Source: Bdellovibrionota bacterium (GTDB lineage Bacteria > Bdellovibrionota_C > UBA2361 > JBGSMV01). Taken from it: a stretch of 39,028 bases of DNA. The notes below the pieces were generated by a model that worked only from the letters and a program-made list of their open reading frames with translations, made no database searches and was not told where the DNA came from. Location of the stretch: contig JBGSMV010000056.1 of NCBI GenBank assembly GCA_041739995.1, positions 1 to 39,028 on the forward strand, read 5' to 3'. The translations under genes were made by a program, and so were the position numbers. The stretch's first letter is position 1; each line of letters begins with the position of its first letter. Positions 18,517-28,257 of this stretch are shown here, one piece after another.

Positions 18517-19414
18517 CCAACCACCGGTGACAATTGAGTAATGGGCTCCGGTACCCTGGGCCCCCAGCATCAACATCTGAACCATGCCGAGCGCCACCGA
18601 CAACTTCAAAGATAGGTCCTCAGACTCTGCGTTTGGTTGTGCTTGTTTTTCCTCCTCTTCGCTCAAGGGGGAAATCACACCGCGCGGATGAATCGGCACA
18701 TCTCCGAGTCTCACCACAAGATGGGGCCACAGATACCAGGTTCAATAACTAATGCGAACACCTGAGACTATGAGTTCTGGTCGTTGGGACTAGAGAGATT
18801 GCCTCAAGGGAACGATTTTTTAGGGAAAGCCGTTGTCTTCATCCTCTTTTCTCAGCGAGATTGAGATCGTTTACTTGGTAGGGTTTCTCGAGAAACTCGG
18901 CTCTGTATCAGAGAGCCCCTATTCTCTTCGTCATCGTGACACCATACCCAGGCACTTTAGAGACTGTAGTGGGGAAGTATTGAACCCGGCGCCCGTAGGT
19001 CCGTGGAGAGCGCGATCTGCCTCTCTGTCGCGCATAATAATGCGCTAAAAGTGCATTATTAGGTCACCGTACAGCTCTGGTGCCTCATAACTCCGATATC
19101 AGCTTTGATTCGTTATGGGTCGAGCTCGGAAGTGGTGGAGTAGTTCTCTCAAGTTAGCTCTTTAAAAGTGAAGTGTGACGTTAATCGTCGCCCCGTACCG
19201 CTGGTTCGAGCAAGCGCTTGGCATGTCTAGCTCGCTAATGAACTAGTCAGCTATGCGACCTGGCATCGGTACGGAAGGAAAGATCGCGAGTAATTCGATG
19301 CATTTCAATCTTTGTTTTGGGTAGGACGAATTGACTCGACTCCTCACTCACTGGTGAGGGGTCGTGAAGTATCGACTCAAGGTTTGAATTGGTTTTGGCA
19401 AAAGGGGGTGGCTC

Positions 19415-20398
19415 GTGAAAGACAAGCAGACGAACAGCAAACTCGGAGGAGTCGGCTGGGCGACGCTAGAGGGCGGTAATCGCGCAGTTCTGGCGACGGT
19501 CGGAAAAGTTCTTGGAGAGGCCGCGCGGAGCGCTGCATGGTGCACTCTGCTAGCCGTCGTGTACGGCCTACTGCAGGGGATCCAGGGGTTGATCGTACTT
19601 CGGAGGAAAGGAGAGTCGCTTCGACCTACGGACCGGACGGCATGCGTCCTCTACCTGATCTTCGCGGTTGGTGCAGTGGTGAATACCACTCTGGGTGTGT
19701 ATGTCTACGCCCTGCCGGGGGCAGACATCGCAGTCTCTACGTTCTTGCGGACCTTCTCGATCGTCTTCGCGGCACCGTTCGCCTGGATGTTGTTCGGAGA
19801 GCGGCTGCATCGTCATCAAATGGCTGGAGTCTTAGTGTTCCTCGCCGCCGGATGGCTCTTCGTCGGGATGCCAAGCCTGGCAGCACTGCAAGATCTGCCA
19901 CTTTGGATGTGGCTGAGCCTCGTAATCGCAGTCTTCGCTGCGGTTAACGAAGTCGCCACGTCCGCTATCAGTGCGAGACACGAGAAGAGAGGCGTGAGGC
20001 CGGAAATTGGTCGCGCCCTCTACAACTTCTGGATCGGCACGCTGACGTTCTCTCTTGCGTTGCCTGTGTTCCTGGTGCTTCTCAACAGTGCCACGGTATT
20101 GAACAATGGAATGGCTTTGGTGGCGCTACTAATTATGGCATCAGGGATCGTCGTTCAGCTCAACTGGCGCTACTTCGCTTACGTGGGAGATGGCACTTTT
20201 GTGGTGATCAAGAAGTTCTTCACGCTGAGTGTGTATTTCCTTCTGGCAACTGTTCTCGGGATCATCTTTCATGCTGAGCCGGTTACCATTCAGAAGGTCG
20301 CCGGTGTTCCGCTGGCAATCATGGCGTTCTTGCTGATCTACAAGAAAGCCTTTCATTGGGCCTGCCGCACCGTTCAGCTTGGAAGGGTACGTGCCTAA
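19415..20398 (+). CDS. DMT/EamA-like membrane transporter
   Basis: About 10 hydrophobic segments; LFGERL...MAGV and IFHAEPVT..KVAGV EamA-like half repeats. Confidence 0.8.
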   Translation: MKDKQTNSKLGGVGWATLEGGNRAVLATVGKVLGEAARSAAWCTLLAVVYGLLQGIQGLIVLRRKGESLRPTDRTACVLYLIFAVGAVVNTTLGVYVYALPGADIAVSTFLRTFSIVFAAPFAWMLFGERLHRHQMAGVLVFLAAGWLFVGMPSLAALQDLPLWMWLSLVIAVFAAVNEVATSAISARHEKRGVRPEIGRALYNFWIGTLTFSLALPVFLVLLNSATVLNNGMALVALLIMASGIVVQLNWRYFAYVGDGTFVVIKKFFTLSVYFLLATVLGIIFHAEPVTIQKVAGVPLAIMAFLLIYKKAFHWACRTVQLGRVRA

Positions 20399-20471
20399 TA
20401 GCTGGGCTCATCTGCCAAAAATTGGGGGGCACTCGTTCTACCGAAGGTACTATTCGATACTTCAGACCCCC

Positions 20472-20504
20472 CCTACCCCATTCCCTCAGGGACCTTGGGA
20501 TCGG
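20472..20504 (+). repeat. Dispersed junction motif, copy 3
   Basis: Identical 33-mer to 18484-18516. Confidence 0.9.
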
Positions 20505-20626
20505 GTCGAGATTGTAGAGCTGAACGCTGCGCTAAACCTCCCTTTTCTCCCTCGGGTTGAACTGTCAAGGATTCCTTGACAGCTGCCTCGGGTCTCAACT
20601 CTCCGTCCTCAAAGAGGTTCCTAATG

Positions 20627-20830
20627 TGAAGGCTGACGTCCTGCTTCCTCGTCTGGAACAGCTCAGCAAGGAAACTACCCCGCTATTTCGCCAATTAGTG
20701 GGGAATGAAAAATATCAAAAGCATTCCCAAGAGTAATCGCCCGCGCGAGCGACTGGCCGACACTGGACCTACGACCCTTAGGGACCGAGAGGGCACCCCC
20801 ACTAACCTCACCGCCCAGGTCGCGAGGTAG
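20627..20830 (+). pseudogene. radC: Truncated duplicate of the radC upstream region and first ~29 codons
   Basis: 20627-20791 aligns to 22438-22604, including an identical 25-mer AAGGAAACTACCCCGCTATTTCGCC. ORF 20705-20830 begins MKNIKSIPKSNRPRERLADTGPTTLRDRE and then diverges. Confidence 0.88.
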
Positions 20831-21001
20831 AGACCGATTTGTAGCCTTTCCTTTACTAGCGACTTAATAATCCGTACCGTCGTAGGCCAAACCTACGATT
20901 TGTGCCTTCATAGGTTTTGCCAACTTCTTGTTTCCCTCGTTTGATGGGCACCAGAGCTTTTTAGAGGGCTCCTTTTTAAGGAATTCACAGCAAATTGCGC
21001 T

Positions 21002-22384
21002 ATGAATATCAGGTGGATTAAATGTGCGTTGATAGCCGTGTTCTTGGTGCACGCTTTCACCCTGTTAGCGAAACCTCTCGCTGCCCAACCGCTCTACCAA
21101 CTCTATGGCATCACGCCGCTCAATAATTTGGTAGAGATCGATCTCGCTGACCCCATGTTCGAGCAACACGTGGTCGCTCCATTCTCATCCCCAGACATTA
21201 TGGGTCTTGAATACGACGCGACCCTCGATCGGGTTCTGGCCCTCGATGTGGATGGAGTTCTCTATACGGTTGATAAGATCACCGGCAATACCACTATTCT
21301 GGATCCAATTCTGTTCTCGAGCTTCGCACCATTTTTTCTATCGGGAATTGCTTTCGATCCCACGGTCTCGCCTGCTGAGATATTTGTGGCCTCCCCCGGT
21401 GCGGTGAACCGTGTACTGCGCGCCCACCAGAGCGGCAGCATGTTCGTTTCAGATCCGGAATTTAGCTATGATGGACCCACGTTCCAGATCGAGGGCCTCA
21501 GTGTTAATCCGTTAGACGGAACACTTTTCGGAATTCATGGTAATACCAACAGCATTATCACTATTGATAAAATTACGGGTGCGACGGTTCCTTTTCCGAA
21601 TACTGGGGTCAGCAATCTCTCAGGCCTCGCCGTTCACCCAGTGACGGGCGTGCTCTACGGCACCACTGATGATGGGACCCTTCTCGAAATCGATAAGATC
21701 ACGGGCTTAAGTTCAATTTTACAAAGCTATCCTTCGTACGAATTGGTTGCCGTCTCGGATATGGCCTTTGTGCTCGTCACGCCGACCCCGACTCCAACGC
21801 CGATCCCCACTGCGACCCCCTCACCAACCGCAACACCAACAGCAACACCAACCGCAACACCCTGCCCCACCACTGCAGACGGGTGTGGGTGCGATTCAAT
21901 CCTGATTCCCTTAAGAGACTTACCTCCGGTGTGCGCCCCGATTGATACCCTTACAAGAAAGACCGTTCCTGTCGCGCCAACGGTGCTTGTACGAAAGAAT
22001 TCGGTCATCATAATGCTAGAAGAGTTCTCGGCGGTGAGTGATGGCAAGTCGGTTGAAACTTTGAACGGCGGCGGACGCAATCCGAAATCCACCGAAGCGG
22101 ATGAAGTTGCGGCGGCCAGAGGAGCACCTAAGACCAGCATCCGTTACGACGTGAGGCTTCGAAACACCAGTTCTCGAACCCTTGATATTAAAAACAAGCA
22201 GAGCAAGCGAAATCAGGTCTCATTTAGAAACCTTTCGCCCGGTCGATATGCTGTACGATACCGGGTGAAAATCGTGAGAGCGAAAAAGATACTCGGATTC
22301 TCTAGGTTCAGCCCGAGAACACGCTTCAAGGTTGAGCCAAGGGAAACTAGCCTGCGGTTGACACTACACTCACCCCTCTCTTAG
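21002..22384 (+). CDS. Secreted beta-propeller-like protein with a Pro/Thr linker and a basic C-terminal domain
   Basis: Signal peptide; GL(A/E/S)x(D/H/N)P..G.L(Y/F)...IDKITG repeats; PT linker at 21779-21862. Confidence 0.85.
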   Translation: MNIRWIKCALIAVFLVHAFTLLAKPLAAQPLYQLYGITPLNNLVEIDLADPMFEQHVVAPFSSPDIMGLEYDATLDRVLALDVDGVLYTVDKITGNTTILDPILFSSFAPFFLSGIAFDPTVSPAEIFVASPGAVNRVLRAHQSGSMFVSDPEFSYDGPTFQIEGLSVNPLDGTLFGIHGNTNSIITIDKITGATVPFPNTGVSNLSGLAVHPVTGVLYGTTDDGTLLEIDKITGLSSILQSYPSYELVAVSDMAFVLVTPTPTPTPIPTATPSPTATPTATPTATPCPTTADGCGCDSILIPLRDLPPVCAPIDTLTRKTVPVAPTVLVRKNSVIIMLEEFSAVSDGKSVETLNGGGRNPKSTEADEVAAARGAPKTSIRYDVRLRNTSSRTLDIKNKQSKRNQVSFRNLSPGRYAVRYRVKIVRAKKILGFSRFSPRTRFKVEPRETSLRLTLHSPLS

Positions 22385-22517
22385 AGACCTTAAGATCTCA
22401 TGGCTCCCTGTCCCGTTCTCTAGAAATGCTTTTAACCTGAAGACTGACGCTCTGCTTCGCTGCGCTGGAAATGCTCTCCAAAGGAAACTACCCCGCTATT
22501 TCGCCGATTAGTAGGGA

Positions 22518-23183
22518 ATGAAGAATATCAAAAGCATTACCAAGAATGACCGCCCGCGCGAGCGACTAGCCGTCAGTGGACCCTCAACCCTTAAGGACGA
22601 AGAGCTCCTGGTAATCCTGCTCGGAAGCGGTAGCAAATCAGCCGGTGTGCACGTCCTCGCTTCTCGGGTGCTGGCCACCCTCAACGAACGAAACGGAAAC
22701 CTAGAACTCTCTGACCTTACTCGAATCGAGGGAATCGGATCGGCCAAAGCGACCATGCTCTTAGCTGCCCAGGAGTTCTTCCGCAGACGTATTAGGCCCA
22801 GAGGGATTAAGGTCACTGCGCCAGCGGACGTGATTCCCCTACTCGCCCATTGGGCTAGGCAGCCGCAAGAGCACTTTATCGCCGTAACCCTAAACGGAGC
22901 GAACGAGGTACTTCACAACAGAGTGATCACAATCGGGATCGCCAACGCCTCACAGATCCACCCCCGAGAAGTCTTTGTAGATGCGATTAAAGATCGAGCG
23001 TGTTCCGTGATACTGGCGCACAACCACCCCTCGGGTGACCTCACTCCGAGTGAAGCTGATAAGGAGGTTACCCAGCGACTGGTGCAGGCCGGAGCGGTGC
23101 TTGGGATTAAGGTACTCGATCACGTGATTGTTTCGGAGCGTGGGCATTTTAGCTTTAAGGAGCGAGGGTTGCTTGGGAGTTAG
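22518..23183 (+). CDS. radC: RadC (UPF0758, JAB/MPN domain) protein
   Basis: RPRERL..GPSTL.DEELL.ILLGSG, GIGSAKA, QEHF, HPREVF, AHNHPSGDLTPSEAD, LDHVIV. Confidence 0.96.
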   Translation: MKNIKSITKNDRPRERLAVSGPSTLKDEELLVILLGSGSKSAGVHVLASRVLATLNERNGNLELSDLTRIEGIGSAKATMLLAAQEFFRRRIRPRGIKVTAPADVIPLLAHWARQPQEHFIAVTLNGANEVLHNRVITIGIANASQIHPREVFVDAIKDRACSVILAHNHPSGDLTPSEADKEVTQRLVQAGAVLGIKVLDHVIVSERGHFSFKERGLLGS

Positions 23184-23407
23184 GGGGCAGGCGGTGGCAA
23201 TCCAAACTTTACCTTTAATCCTCACAGATTCAGCGGTTCTTCGAGTCCTGTCGCTTCTCTTAGGTTGGGCTTTGGTATCGAAAAATTGATAATTATCATA
23301 AGTGATAAGTTGTATTAACGTGAAGAAATTTTCCTCATTTTCTGTGTGGCATCGTGAAATTTTCGGTGGAATTCGTAGGAAGTTGCGTGGGCTCCTAACC
23401 CTTAACG

Positions 23408-23430
23408 CATTCCCTCGGGGAACTTAGGGA
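23408..23430 (+). repeat. Dispersed junction motif, degenerate copy 4
   Basis: CATTCCCTCGGGGAACTTAGGGA, followed by GTCGAGATT as also seen after copy 3. Confidence 0.55.
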
Positions 23431-23462
23431 GGCCGCTTGGGGAGGAGTCGAGATTTTGTCTC

Positions 23463-23840
23463 TTGCACACTCGTTCAGGGATTCTCCTTTCGGAGATCCG
23501 CCCGCCCGGCGCCGTTCTGAAAGTCACTGGCTCCACAGGCTCAGCAACATATAAGCTTCCGGTCAGCGGATGGCGAAAGACCAGTACTAATGGTGTGCAA
23601 GAATTTCGCTATTCAGCCACGAACTGTGAATCAGTGGTCCTTACGGGGAGTACCATCGAGGCAACCTGTCGTAGCAAGAGAGGATCGCTCGTACTACCGG
23701 AGGATGGGCCACTTGAGATTGAGCTTCGTCTTGGAACCGGCACCGCCCGATTTTGCGGAGAATGTGGCGGAACGGTGGTCGGCGATCAAGATAATCAGTT
23801 CAAACGAAGGAACTGTTCAAAACCAGTCGCCTGCCCGTAG
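23463..23840 (+). pseudogene. Probable orphan C-terminal fragment of a Cys-containing secreted protein
   Basis: TTG start with no signal peptide, yet has 6 Cys and ends RFCGECGGTVVGD...F...CSKPVACP; begins just after repeat copy 4. Confidence 0.5.
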
Positions 23841-24228
23841 GTGTTGCGATCGCTGTTTTTTGTTTTCATTACCGCCACTTCTTGGGCGCGGCCGTCAAGG
23901 GGTGCCCCTATTTTAAAGCTCCCGGGTGATTTCAGGCGCTTAACGCGGGTCGGCGTGCTGTCCTCGTACCACTAATTCTTGGGAGAAGTTGGAGTGTGTA
24001 GGGTCTCGCTCTGTCAGGAGCCCTTTGAGGTATTGTCAACCGAAGCTTCCGGGGAAAAGTGGGAGCCTTTGTGCCCCCAACTTCCGGAAGAGGACTCTGT
24101 TCGTGAGGCATGAGAAAACATACCGCCTTGAGGGACTATTTGGCTCGTAGTGGCCCTAGCCGCCATTACGGGGCACAGGCCAGCTCTGCTAGCAGAAGAT
24201 TCAGCTAAGTTGATTAAGTTATACCACC

Positions 24229-26064
24229 TTGCACCCGACCTTACCGCTCATGATGTGGGGTAAGATTAGAACTCTCCGGACGAGCATATTCGTGGCATTG
24301 ATTGTGGGCCTTGGGTTGACGTTCGCCGGTCACGCATACACGGAGTTCTTGGTCCAGTCGCCAACTCAGGTCTCACTATCCTTCTCGGGTGGGGTGCCGG
24401 ACGGACCAAGCTATTTGCCGATCGCCGGGCCAAACGGCAACGGCTTGGTATTCGAATCGGCGGCTTCCAATCTTGTGCCGAATGATACGAACGGCACAAA
24501 TGATGTCTTTTTCAGAAACCCGATTACCAAGCAGGTGGCGCGCGCAAGCATCAGTTCCGCAGGACTCGAAGGTGACGACATGTCCTCAAGTCCGTCCATA
24601 AGCCGACTGCTCCCTGATGGATTCTATGCATTGGCTTTCCAATCGAGAGCTACGAATCTTGGTAGCACGCCAAACCCTGCAGGCCTTCCGAACATTTACG
24701 TACGATTCCCTACCCTCGGTATTACCGAGAACATTTCGCTCTCGACTGACCATACGATTCCAAATGGCGAAAGCTACACTCCGTCAATTGCGGTGATTCC
24801 AAACACTGAGGGAGGACATACGGTTCTGATTGCCTTTAGTTCAACTTCCACTGATCTAGTAGCGGATGAATCGAGCGCGATTGTAGACGTCTTCCTTGCA
24901 ACCCTAACTGCGCCGACGTCATCGAGCTACGATCCCGCAACTTTTACGACCATAACCCGAGTCTCGATGCCAGCAATTGTTGGAGAAGATGTCGATGGGC
25001 CATCACAGGGACCGATAATCAGTTCGGATGGTCGCTACATAGTATTCTCCTCTTCCGCAACCAATCTCGTATCACCGCCGATCGTAAATTCTAATTTTGA
25101 CAGTCAGATTTTTCGTTACGACATCCAAACAGGTGAGACCATATTGGTAAGTAAGGCTACCAATGGTGACCCCGGAGACAACCGCAGTCTATATCCGCAG
25201 CTAAGCTATACGGGGCGCTATCTCGCCTATTTTACCTTCGCCAAGAACATCGTAGGCAACGCCGCCGATACCGATATTCTCTTTTACCCGTTCATCGTGC
25301 GCTACGATGCCCTCACTGACACTACTACTCAGGTAAATCTTGCTGCCGATGGGACGACCAGCGGACTTGGCCAACTCCCTTCAGTGGGAATTAGTCAAAA
25401 TGGGCGTTTGATAACTTTTGGTGATAGTTCCGATGCTCTCGCGCCGGGCGACGGGAATGGTCAAGGTGATGTGTTCGTCAAGGATATGGAGACTGGCGAA
25501 GTCGAGCTGCTCTCAATCGGAGCGCAAGGGCAGCAGAGCAATGGGTTCAGTACCAATCCCACACTGACCGCCAAGAGCCTCAACGGCCTCTCGTTTGCAG
25601 TGGCGTTTGAGTCGCTCGCCACTAATTTTACGCCGACTGCTTCGGGGATGACTGATGTCTTCGAAACCGGATTCCTTGTGACCGCCCCGACGCTTAACGC
25701 ATCTACGGTTCTTGAAACCCCACCAGACGTGACTCTTAGAGGCAAGCGCTTGGCGGTGTCGACTCAAAAATTTGCACTCAGTGGAAACACGAGTTCCTCG
25801 AACTTGAATCACGGGGGGCTCGTCACCGCTGCGACCCCGAGACGCACTGTCGAGTATGAGTTCGAAATTACACGTACCTTCGAAAAGCGCGGAAGGCAAA
25901 AGACAGACCGAACGCGCGTCATTAATCGACGTAACACTATCACGGTCAGACAATCTACTGGCTTGTATCAGGCGAAGTCTCGAGCTCGCATCGTAAATCC
26001 GAAGAACGGCAGGACGATCTCCCGCACGCCGTACAGCCCGGTCCAGCGATTTAGAGTGAGATGA
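24229..26064 (+). CDS. Secreted TolB/WD40-like (PD40) beta-propeller protein with a basic C-terminal domain
   Basis: Signal peptide; repeated PxISxDGRY(I/V)xF.S.ATNLV..DTNG..DVF blades. True start is probably the ATG near 24250. Confidence 0.88.
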   Translation: MHPTLPLMMWGKIRTLRTSIFVALIVGLGLTFAGHAYTEFLVQSPTQVSLSFSGGVPDGPSYLPIAGPNGNGLVFESAASNLVPNDTNGTNDVFFRNPITKQVARASISSAGLEGDDMSSSPSISRLLPDGFYALAFQSRATNLGSTPNPAGLPNIYVRFPTLGITENISLSTDHTIPNGESYTPSIAVIPNTEGGHTVLIAFSSTSTDLVADESSAIVDVFLATLTAPTSSSYDPATFTTITRVSMPAIVGEDVDGPSQGPIISSDGRYIVFSSSATNLVSPPIVNSNFDSQIFRYDIQTGETILVSKATNGDPGDNRSLYPQLSYTGRYLAYFTFAKNIVGNAADTDILFYPFIVRYDALTDTTTQVNLAADGTTSGLGQLPSVGISQNGRLITFGDSSDALAPGDGNGQGDVFVKDMETGEVELLSIGAQGQQSNGFSTNPTLTAKSLNGLSFAVAFESLATNFTPTASGMTDVFETGFLVTAPTLNASTVLETPPDVTLRGKRLAVSTQKFALSGNTSSSNLNHGGLVTAATPRRTVEYEFEITRTFEKRGRQKTDRTRVINRRNTITVRQSTGLYQAKSRARIVNPKNGRTISRTPYSPVQRFRVR

Positions 26065-26258
26065 TCGGGAAGGTTCTTTTGTTCTGATGCACCTCAACCC
26101 CTTCCGTGGATTAGTACCAGAGAATTAGACGCTCGAGAGCAGGTTAGGAAGGTCGCCCTGTAGTAAGGGGTAACCTTGCGTACTGACAAGAGCTCTCTCA
26201 TAGCTTGTGTACCTCAACTTCACGCATTATCGTCATTTCATTATTGGAGAGCTTTTGT

Positions 26259-26975
26259 ATGAAAAAAATCGCACTTATTACCGGAGCTAATCGAGGAATC
26301 GGATTCGAGACCGCGCGCCAGATGGCGAAACTTAACTACACCGTGTTGCTTGGTGCACGTGATGAAAAGAAAGGGAAGGAAGCTGCGGCAAAACTCGTGA
26401 AAGAGGATCTCGATGTGCATTTTCTTCATATTGAACCGACAGATCCAGTCTCGGTAGCGCGGGCAAAGAAGGACGTGGAGGCTAAATACGGGGTTCTTGA
26501 TGTGCTCATCAATAATGCAGGCGTGTTCATGGATGGGGATATGGGCCCCGGGGCTCTGGTGCCGACTCAGGTTATTCGGGACACCTACGAAACGAATGTG
26601 TTTGGTCTGCATGAGGTGACGCACACCTTCTGGCCACTCCTCAACAAATCAAAAGCGGCACGACTCGTGAACGTCTCAAGTGGTCTTGGGTCACTTACGC
26701 TACATGAAAGTGGGACCTTCGCAGATATGCAGGTCATCGGTTACAACTCATCAAAGGCAGCCGTCAACATGATGACCCTTCACTATGCTGCGCAGTGGAA
26801 GGACACGCCGCATCGGGCAAATACCATTCACCCCGGGTCGGTGAAGACTGACATGAACAAAAATGGGGAATTAACAGTCGAAGAAGGCGCGAAGACGAGT
26901 GTCGATCTCGCCACACTCGATGCGAATGGACCAAACGGTGGGTTCTTTCACCTCGGTGAGAAAATGCCTTGGTAG
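26259..26975 (+). CDS. Short-chain dehydrogenase/reductase (carbonyl reductase-like)
   Basis: TGANRGIG, NNAG, NVSS, YNSSK, HPGSVKTDM; GGAGA RBS. Confidence 0.95.
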   Translation: MKKIALITGANRGIGFETARQMAKLNYTVLLGARDEKKGKEAAAKLVKEDLDVHFLHIEPTDPVSVARAKKDVEAKYGVLDVLINNAGVFMDGDMGPGALVPTQVIRDTYETNVFGLHEVTHTFWPLLNKSKAARLVNVSSGLGSLTLHESGTFADMQVIGYNSSKAAVNMMTLHYAAQWKDTPHRANTIHPGSVKTDMNKNGELTVEEGAKTSVDLATLDANGPNGGFFHLGEKMPW

Positions 26976-27055
26976 TTTCGTCAGGTACTAGGGGGGCTTC
27001 CGGCACGTTTCTCGGTGATTTTTCTCAGTGATTTTTAGGGGTTCTCCAAGAGAAC

Positions 27056-28255
27056 TCAGTTCATGGTAGTTGCAAGATAGCGGTGCTCGCACACGGTAGG
27101 GGTGCTCTTTTTGAGCTCCCCTTTGGCGTTAAATGCGCTCGACTCCCTGTGATACCCCTGTTTCGGGTCGAAGGTGATACAGTGCCTCAGCTCGCGTGCA
27201 TTCTTGGCCATCTTCTTACACTGTGCGATGTTTTCTAGAAGCGCCGATTCCCCCGCGTATTTTTCATACGGCGCAATCGCCACCCTTAGTAATCTATTCA
27301 AGCAGAGATAGCCGAACTCATCGAGTCCTCCTAACTGAAGATAGGGATAAGCAAGCAGGGCTTGTTCACGAAGTGGAAGGTATGCTGGGATTTGATCAAA
27401 GGGACCGTCGAAGTAGCTATTTGAGTTAATATTCTCCTGGTCAACCCCGACCAGAATTTTTCGGCGAGGAGTTTCTTCTTGGAATAATGCAAACTTTGTG
27501 CGGCGGCCGATGAGAAGACTTTCGGTCGGCTCAAACACATCAGCAACAGGATGCGCTTCGTCGAGAACATAGAAAAAACTGGGGGTGTGACGATCAAATA
27601 CCAGATAGAAGGCGATTCCCGATTCATCCCGCAGCCAGGACACTATCTCCTCTTCTTCCCTTAATGGTGGGTTACCCTCCCTATCTACGCGAGGGGTGAA
27701 AATAATGGTCCAACTCTCCCCGAACTTTACCCACCATGTCCCCGTGGCAATTTGTTTTATTTTTATCCCGTCCGCCGCAGTGAGGTACCCCGACTTTGCT
27801 TCGTCGGCGGGGGCCCCGCTGCTGTTCCTGCGGTAATAGCCGTACCCTAATGCTCCGCGTTCGAGATCGTTCATGCGAAGATTTCCCCCGATCTCACCCT
27901 GAGCATCTTTTACGCGAAAGTAGTAGTAGCCCTCACTCGGATACACTACTGCGAAGTAGGGCATCGCACTGAGGACTGACGCCGTGATGCTGACGGGATC
28001 CTCATACGACGGCAATGAGGAATCGGATGCGGTAAGGTCTCTTAGCTTCTTGCTGAATGAAGAGAGCAGGTGCGTCGCCTGCTCCCCTATTCCCCATGCA
28101 TCATGCTTGGAAAGAACGTGAGCAATCTCAAACTGATTGAAGACGGGATATGGGGACGGCTGAAGAGAGAGAAGCATGCTCGCGAGTATGGCGCCAAGCG
28201 TCACGGCGCAGATGAGAACGAGCTTTACAAGTGTACGACAACTATAGCAGCTCAT
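27056..28255 (-). CDS. Membrane-anchored hypothetical protein, no family recognised
   Basis: 399-aa ORF with an N-terminal TM segment; motifs VYPSEGYYYF, GGNLR, DESGIAFYLVF, NSYFDGPFDQIP; starts 2 bp after the upstream stop. Confidence 0.85.
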   Translation of the reverse strand: MSCYSCRTLVKLVLICAVTLGAILASMLLSLQPSPYPVFNQFEIAHVLSKHDAWGIGEQATHLLSSFSKKLRDLTASDSSLPSYEDPVSITASVLSAMPYFAVVYPSEGYYYFRVKDAQGEIGGNLRMNDLERGALGYGYYRRNSSGAPADEAKSGYLTAADGIKIKQIATGTWWVKFGESWTIIFTPRVDREGNPPLREEEEIVSWLRDESGIAFYLVFDRHTPSFFYVLDEAHPVADVFEPTESLLIGRRTKFALFQEETPRRKILVGVDQENINSNSYFDGPFDQIPAYLPLREQALLAYPYLQLGGLDEFGYLCLNRLLRVAIAPYEKYAGESALLENIAQCKKMAKNARELRHCITFDPKQGYHRESSAFNAKGELKKSTPTVCEHRYLATTMN

Positions 28256-28257
28256 AC

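Noticed and set aside
17329..20504. 33-bp repeats as a second CRISPR array
   Set aside because: The copies are 1-3 kb apart and separated by whole genes.
21779..21862. ACC/CCA-rich tandem repeat
   Set aside because: It encodes an ordinary Pro/Thr linker.
23287..23298. TGATAATTATCA palindrome as a Fur/PerR box
   Set aside because: It does not fit the 7-1-7 spacing and has no clear intact target gene.
13666..23840. Classical integron cassette array
   Set aside because: No intI gene, genes in mixed orientation, and no convincing RYYYAAC...GTTRRRY attC sites after the genes.
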